A stretch of DNA of 53,837 nt from Vicugna vicugna (lineage: Eukaryota), in contig MU058423.1 in the NCBI GenBank assembly GCA_013265495.1, positions 5,130,793 to 5,184,629 on the forward strand, given 5' to 3'. Within the stretch, counting starts at the first letter, position 1; each line of letters begins with the position of its first letter. The notes under the pieces are model-generated. The model was not told the DNA's origin. It saw only the letters and a program-made list of their open reading frames with translations, and ran no database searches. This document shows, piece after piece, positions 47,601 to 53,837 of this stretch. The translations under genes and the position numbers were made by a program.

Positions 47601-47689
47601 TTCAATTTTAATGGCAGTGAATTTATTGGCAGCAAAAGGCACATTGTTTTCTTATCATTATTAACTATAATATTACTATTATAAAAGTA

Positions 47690-48340
47690 GTATACATCAT
47701 GGCACAGAGCAGAAAGTAAAAATTCATGAACCTTATCAACACAACCCAGATATGACCACTGTCAAAGATTTAGTGTATTCTTTTCTAAATTTTCTTTGCG
47801 GACACGAAGTACGTATAATTGCATTTTTAAATAATGAAATAATTGATGTCTTCCTGCTCGATCTGGCTATTATACAAAAATGTAAAATATTTTACATGTA
47901 ATTCTGAAATCAGATGTTTTGAATCAACAAAATAACTTAGAAGATTTTCTGCGTCTTTACTTACGGCCCACTTTAGTTTTACAACCTTCCAAACAATGCA
48001 TTGTTATTATGCAACATATATATTTTGCTATTAGGAAAAAAAATACAGATTATTCATATATATTTATATTTACATTTGCTTTTGATTAGAAAAAGCATAC
48101 ATTTCTAGGCAAAAGAATATATATGTTCAGGTGTTCACTGCTTTCACCACGCTACCCTCCAAAACTGTTTCTTCCATTAATCCTCACAGCCATAGCATAA
48201 ATGTGCTTTTCCCACATGCATTGGGTAATGGAAAGATTCTTAATATTCCAACCTGACAGATACAAATGGTAATATTATTTTTGCTTTTTAAAATTAGTTA
48301 TTAATGTATTAACCATTTTTATTGGTCAATATATTTTTAA
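47690..48340 (-). mobile_element. Old L1 (L1ME-like) 3' fragments
   Basis: cccagatatgaccactgtcaaagatttagtgtattc, ccctccaaaactg, ccaacctgacagatacaaatggtaat. Confidence 0.6.
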
Positions 48341-48849
48341 ATTCATTCATGCCTAAGTCTTGGTAAGTCTATTTTTAAATATATGAACTTTAGAGCAGAA
48401 ACGTAAGAGTAGATAATTGAAGCTTTTGGAATATTTTCCAATTAAAAATAATTCAGAAAATGCAAATATCATGAGAGAAGAAAAACCACTGTTCATAATT
48501 CCAGAAAACAAATGAAACTCCATTAAAATATTGTATATTTCCCATAAGCCATTTCTTCCTACAGGCACCCTGACTCTCTTTGTCCACATATTCCCAAACT
48601 GTCTCTGCCTCCAGTGCTTTGGTTTGTTTGTTTTGTTTTTTTAGCTGTTGTTAAGATGTTAGACTTATTCTGTAACATTTCGACAAGCTGTCTTGCAGGT
48701 ATCATGGAGTAAGCTTATGGTTCTTTTTAGATAGATGTGGGCATCTCTTGCATAAGTGGGACCTCTGATACGGAAAAGACATAGGGAAAAAGGCAATCTG
48801 GCTTTAGACTGGAGGGAGAACATACTTTGTGGGAATTGCTCTTTAAAAT

Positions 48850-50100
48850 CTGAACTGAAAAAAATAAAATCACCCTTGAGGGAAAGGAGGATCTTACTTC
48901 CTGGAGGTAAGAGAAAAGCAAATTTCCAAATTACTTTCTTCAGAAATGTTGTACAATTTTAGTCCTCTACCTGTAGTGTATTAACACATCTCTTTTTACC
49001 TCTTCAATATTGTGTAGTATGCACAAGCATTTTATTTAATATTTGTCAAATTTGGAATTGAAAATTGTATAATTGTTACATTTATATAGTTTTAATTGCT
49101 TAAAATTATAAGCAATATTCTCATGTTTATTATTTATAGTTCTTTGGTAGATTGTCTGTTCTTGTTCTTTGTTTGTTTTTTCTTTTTACTTTACATACAT
49201 TCATTTATACTGAGGTTAACTTTTAAAAATGGATTTAAATGCAGCCTACCAAAAATTCTTGCTATTGTATTGAACTCATTTATTCTTTACATGTCACTAT
49301 TTTATATATTCAATATAAAAGGTGTGTATGTTTTAAATTTTGGGGTAAATATGTTTCTAATTATAAATGTAATACATTTTTACTGATGGAAGTTGAAAAA
49401 AATAGAGAAATATAATTTAGTGAATAGAATAAGTTATGGCTATTACCCAGCACCATCAAGCCCTAAAGTTATGTCTCATGTATAAACGTATTTTTAAAAT
49501 AAAATTTGTATTTTATATTACACAGAGCTTTATTTCTTATTTTTAAATTTATAATTTTATTATTACTATATACTATATCCTATTTCTTAAATAGTTTGAA
49601 AGTATGATTTCTAAAAGTATATATATGGATAGATAATGTTTTGCTTAATGTATTTGCTATTTTGGATGTTAAGCTTATTTATCATTTATGCAATCATAAA
49701 TAATGCATGCTGAATATTCTTGTTTACAATTATTTGAGGGAATTTATGTTAAGATTATTTCCACTAGATGAATTCTTAGAAGAGTTATTAGATCTAAGAG
49801 TATGAATATTTCTAAAACTTTGTATATGCACTGTCATATAACTCTTTAACTTTGTGTTTCTCAACACCTTTTCTAAGAGTGTGTGCGTGAAGATGATTGT
49901 GCAAGTGTGTAGCCAAAAAATAAAAAAGAAATTTATTATAACTGTTTCACTGATTTTTAGATGACTGAATTAAAAAATATATTTACCACTGATATTACTT
50001 TTTAAAAAAATGTCTGTTCATGTAATTGTGTATTTAATTAAAGTATCATGTATATTATTGATCTGTAAGAACTATATATATTGTCTATATTTATACTTAT
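48850..50100 (-). mobile_element. Old L1 (L1ME-like) fragments
   Basis: caaatttccaaattactttcttcagaaatgttgtacaattt, ataaataatgcatgctgaatattcttgt, aattcttagaagag...ctaagagtatgaatattt. Confidence 0.65.
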
Positions 50101-50184
50101 ATCAGATAATATATCACATATAATATCACATTATAATATATGCTCATCTTATTTCCAAAATTCTTGCTTATAAGGATTGACACT

Positions 50185-50392
50185 GTTACTAACGAGTATA
50201 TATAAAATAGATCAACAAGTTTATGCTGTATATCACAAGGAACTATACTCAGTATCTTGTAATAATCTATAAAAAAAGAACATGAAAATGAATATATGTA
50301 TGTATATGTATGACTGAACTATTATGCTGTACACCAGAAATTAACACAACATTGTAAATTGACTGTATTTCAAAAAAACAAAAACAAAAACA
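50185..50392 (+). mobile_element. Short cetartiodactyl/camelid-type L1 3' end
   Basis: tatataaaatagatcaacaagtttatgctgtatatcacaaggaactatactcagtatcttgtaata...gctgtacaccagaaattaacacaacattgtaa plus A-rich tail. Confidence 0.9.
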
Positions 50393-50779
50393 CGACACTA
50401 ATTGGGTGGCTTCTGTCATCAACACTAGAGATCACTTAGTCAACCTTATTAAATTAATTTGTTATAAAAGATATGAATGTGGACAAGTTGAAGGAGTGAA
50501 TCTCAGGGAATTGTTTATTTCAGAGAAGACCTGAAAGGGCTTTTTAGCCACTTCACACTGAATGGTACCATGACAAAAGGGAGAGTAAAGCTGAGATAAC
50601 TGTGTAAAAAGCAAAGGCTAATAATCATAATATAGCTCCCTAAACAGAAAACTGGACCATTTTCTTATTAATCTCTAGGATTGCACAAATGAAATTGAAA
50701 GTAATTGTGTAAACTAAAACTAAATTGAGAAAGTAAGTATTACTGATAATAACTTTTTAATGCTTTCTAAATTCCTAAG

Positions 50780-50836
50780 ACTGTTGATTCAAATTAGAAT
50801 TCACTCTACTGTTGATTCAAATTAGAACTCATTCTA
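50780..50836. repeat. 28-bp tandem duplication (2 copies, 2 mismatches)
   Basis: actgttgattcaaattagaa(t/c)tca(c/t)tct at 50780-50807 and 50808-50835. Confidence 0.95.
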
Positions 50837-53090
50837 TGTAATTATTCAGAGAATAGAAAAAAGAATCTGTTCTCTTCATTGAATGTAGAAAATACTGAAA
50901 AATAAGAGAATACTATGTTGGTACGATGGCTGCAATGAATAAAAATGTCTCTATCTTGAGGCAAATATGTACATTTTTTCCTGAGGTTAACAGAAAGTTA
51001 TTATTCAACTAATATCAATAATATTAAAATTTCATACATTACCTATAATGAGTATCATTAATAGTGCTATTTGGGTTTACTTTCCATTATACATTTCTAT
51101 AAATTATTATCTTAGGTTGACGAGATAAATTAAGAGAGAAATGACATAAGGAGGTAAAGGAAGAGAAATAGAAAGTCAAAAGTATTAGCCAGGCTCTCAG
51201 AGATACAGGGGGCCTTTCAGTTCTGGGATTAATGAAATGCATATTCAGTGGCAATGCCAAGAATCGTTTATAAAATAATACATGATGCATTCTTTGAGGG
51301 CTTTCCATTATTTCTTTATCAATTAATCAGTTTACTAATCACATAATGAAGTCAGTGTCAGCTATAATTTTCAGTATTTATGAGGTCCTCATCTATAATT
51401 AACACTTTTATGAGTGCCTTCCAAGGTGAGTAGAATACATAGATTCTACCCAGTGTAGACACACATTCTCTTACTCAGGTGACAGGTGTGGCACTTGAGG
51501 AAGATCATGGGATTTTGTTTTTGTTTTTGTTTGTGTTCTGTCTTGTTCAATTACCAGAAAAATAAACAATATTTCAGAGTTTCTGTTTCTGTAAACTCAA
51601 ATAACAGTCTGCCCAGAGATTTATTGTGCAGGTAAAATACAATCATGTATACACTTAACCTAATGTGAACAACTTACATTGACGCTATTAAAAATAATAA
51701 TGCAAAGAGAGAGATAAGTATAGAAATGAGGATAATAAAGCCAGACAGCAAGAAGTGTTTATTTTTTGAGGAGATACAACTGTGATATCCATGCTTTGAG
51801 CTACTTGTGGGGTTCAATAGAAGTAGGATGTTCAAAGGGTAAGTTTATCAAGGCTTTTGGAAAGTTATAGTCAGGATCGGTAAATCCTACTTTAACAACA
51901 GAAAAAAAGAATGTTGGGAAAGCAAGAGTTTGGTGACAAATGGAATCGCTAAAAACGACTTGCAGTAATCACTGAAGATGCTGGTATTTCCTGATTTGAC
52001 AGGAGGCAAATAATCATAATTCCACTGTAATTGTACATTGGAAGTTATTGGGAATACTTCAAAAAAGAAATGATTATGGTAAACTGTCAATGATAATAAA
52101 AGAAAACTGAAAAGGAAAGGAAATGGGACCAAAAAGAGCCATAAGTTGAGATTCGAAATTTGTTAAATGTATAACTTCCATAAAAACTTACCTCATTATT
52201 TTCAGTAAGTCAAGCACAATAACAAAATTAAATCATTAAATCAGTAAAGCGTCCCCAAAAGTTTACATTGTAGTATATAAAAACCAAGAGAAGAAAACAA
52301 TATAAAGTGAACAGGAAAAAAAAGAGTCAAGTAACATGTTTGCTTTTATTAATAGACCTTTTGAGTATTAATTAAAAAATAGATATCAGAGTAAATTCAT
52401 CATCTCATGTAAAGATATAAATTTCTGTTTTGTTTTAGGAAATTGCAAAAGTTATTTGATTTTTGAAAACTTTATGAAAGGAGTAGGTATATTTGCCACA
52501 TAGAATCTGCTGAAAACAAGAGGCTCCAAAAAAAGGCAAAAAAATATAATTTCCAGAATATGCCTTCTGAGAGCACTGATAACAAGCTTACTGTCACCCT
52601 AGGCCATTTTGAAAGGTTGCATTCATAGGATCAAGGGAAAGACTGAGGGGAAAAAATGCCATTTAAAAAAAATTTTTTTCCCAGTTAAAAAAAAAAGGAA
52701 GTATGCCAGGTCACAACCTTTGCGTTGCCTCTTTGTGAGCTCTGGAGATCTAAACAAAACAAAACAAAAAACACTTATGAAATCTGTTCTTTGTTTTAAA
52801 ACCAAATCATTTTTACTCTGTTGAATTTATTGATATTTTATTCATTTAAGCCACAGATCACACGTGTGTGTGAAAATCATGTTCACCATTGGAAATTTAC
52901 TTCAAAGTTGCTCCATTTTAATCCTATGTGAATGATGTATAAAAGGAACTACATTTACTAGCCCTCAAGTCCATAATCACAAGTACCAAATACAATATTT
53001 GAATGTTTAAAATTACTTTGAACTGCTTTGAACTATTTAGAAATACATTTCCTTATAAAATAAAAATCTAATTACTCTCCTGATAAAGAA

Positions 53091-53117
53091 ACACACACAC
53101 ACACACACACACACACA
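53091..53117. repeat. (AC)13 microsatellite
   Basis: Read directly. Confidence 0.97.
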
Positions 53118-53421
53118 GTCTTATACATCACTGTATAAAATTAAAGGTTTTTGGTGGTTATTTCTATAATATCTTTTCTTGTTATGATGTTATTAGAAAA
53201 AATAGAATGTAGCATGGAATTTAACTCAGCAAGTTTAAAATTGCTTGTGAATGTAAGCACATATGAATGAACTTAAAAAAATTCACCAAAATCTAAGAAT
53301 TTTACAGTGAATCATCCTAGAGGCCAATAAATGACTCTCCTTCTTTCTTCATTGTAGTTTTCATGATAATGATTAGAAGTAAACTAAGCTATTGCTTGCT
53401 TCTGATTTAAAGAGCCACAAT

Positions 53422-53659
53422 TCTATACACAAACAGCTCATGCAACTTAATAATTAAAAAACAAACAACTCAATCATAAAATGGGCAGAAGACCTAAACA
53501 AACATTTCTCCAATGAAGACATACAAATAGCCAATAGGCACATGAAAAATGTTCAACATTGCTAATTATTAGAGAAATGCAAATCAAAACTACAATGAGT
53601 TAGCACCTTAGTCAGAGCATTCTCAGTCAGAATGACCATCAATTAAAAAGGCGACAAAT
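53422..53659 (+). mobile_element. 5'-truncated L1 ORF2 fragment, interrupted at 53660
   Basis: aaaatgggcagaagacctaaacaaacatttctccaatgaagacatacaaat...agagaaatgcaaatcaaaactacaatgag, homologous to 42624-42790. Confidence 0.92.
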
Positions 53660-53837
53660 GGGAGAAGAGGCAAGATGGCGGAGTAGAAGGACTCTTGTAA
53701 GTCACCCTCTCCCACAAATACACCAAGACCCACATCTACAGACCCACTCAGCCAACCAGAGCACCTACGGAACTCCAACAGAACATCGCCCTCTTCAAAA
53801 GATAAAGACGCCAAAAATCTGGTAGGAGAAAAGGAAA
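53660..53837 (+). mobile_element. 5' UTR start of a probably full-length L1 (runs off the window)
   Basis: G-rich start followed by CAAGATGGCGG (YY1 site typical of L1 5' termini), with an abrupt rise in GC and CpG. Confidence 0.85.
53671..53681 (+). promoter_or_regulatory. YY1 site of the L1 internal promoter
   Basis: CAAGATGGCGG 11 nt from the element start, the canonical position. Confidence 0.8.

Noticed and set aside
1..53837. Casein/SCPP-type small-exon gene, or any prokaryotic-style system (operon, defence island)
   Set aside because: No signal-peptide exon or run of phase-0 mini-exons was found; there are no long ORFs, and repeat content and CpG depletion show ordinary mammalian non-coding DNA.

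Overview
AT-rich, CpG-poor mammalian DNA with no CpG island, most likely camelid (alpaca/camel), judged from a camelid-type tRNA-derived SINE at 28522 and camelid-type L1 3' ends. It reads as intergenic DNA or a large intron. I recognise no intact host protein-coding gene. The only ORFs with recognisable products are transposon remnants (L1 ORF2, hAT transposase). Much of the window is decayed interspersed repeat: L1, L2, MIR, MaLR/ERVL/ERV1 solo LTRs, and hAT and Tigger-like DNA elements, with several clean nested insertions and two 5'-inverted (twin-primed) L1s. The best unexplained signals are a ~82%-identical ~220-bp duplication at the left edge with faint olfactory-receptor-like motifs, a frame-preserved decayed ORF1-like reading frame at ~6.1-6.7 kb, and a few strong + strand splice-site combinations. 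I found no convincing previously undescribed biological system. Repeat subfamily names come from recalled consensus sequences and need RepeatMasker/Dfam confirmation; boundaries without a TSD are approximate.
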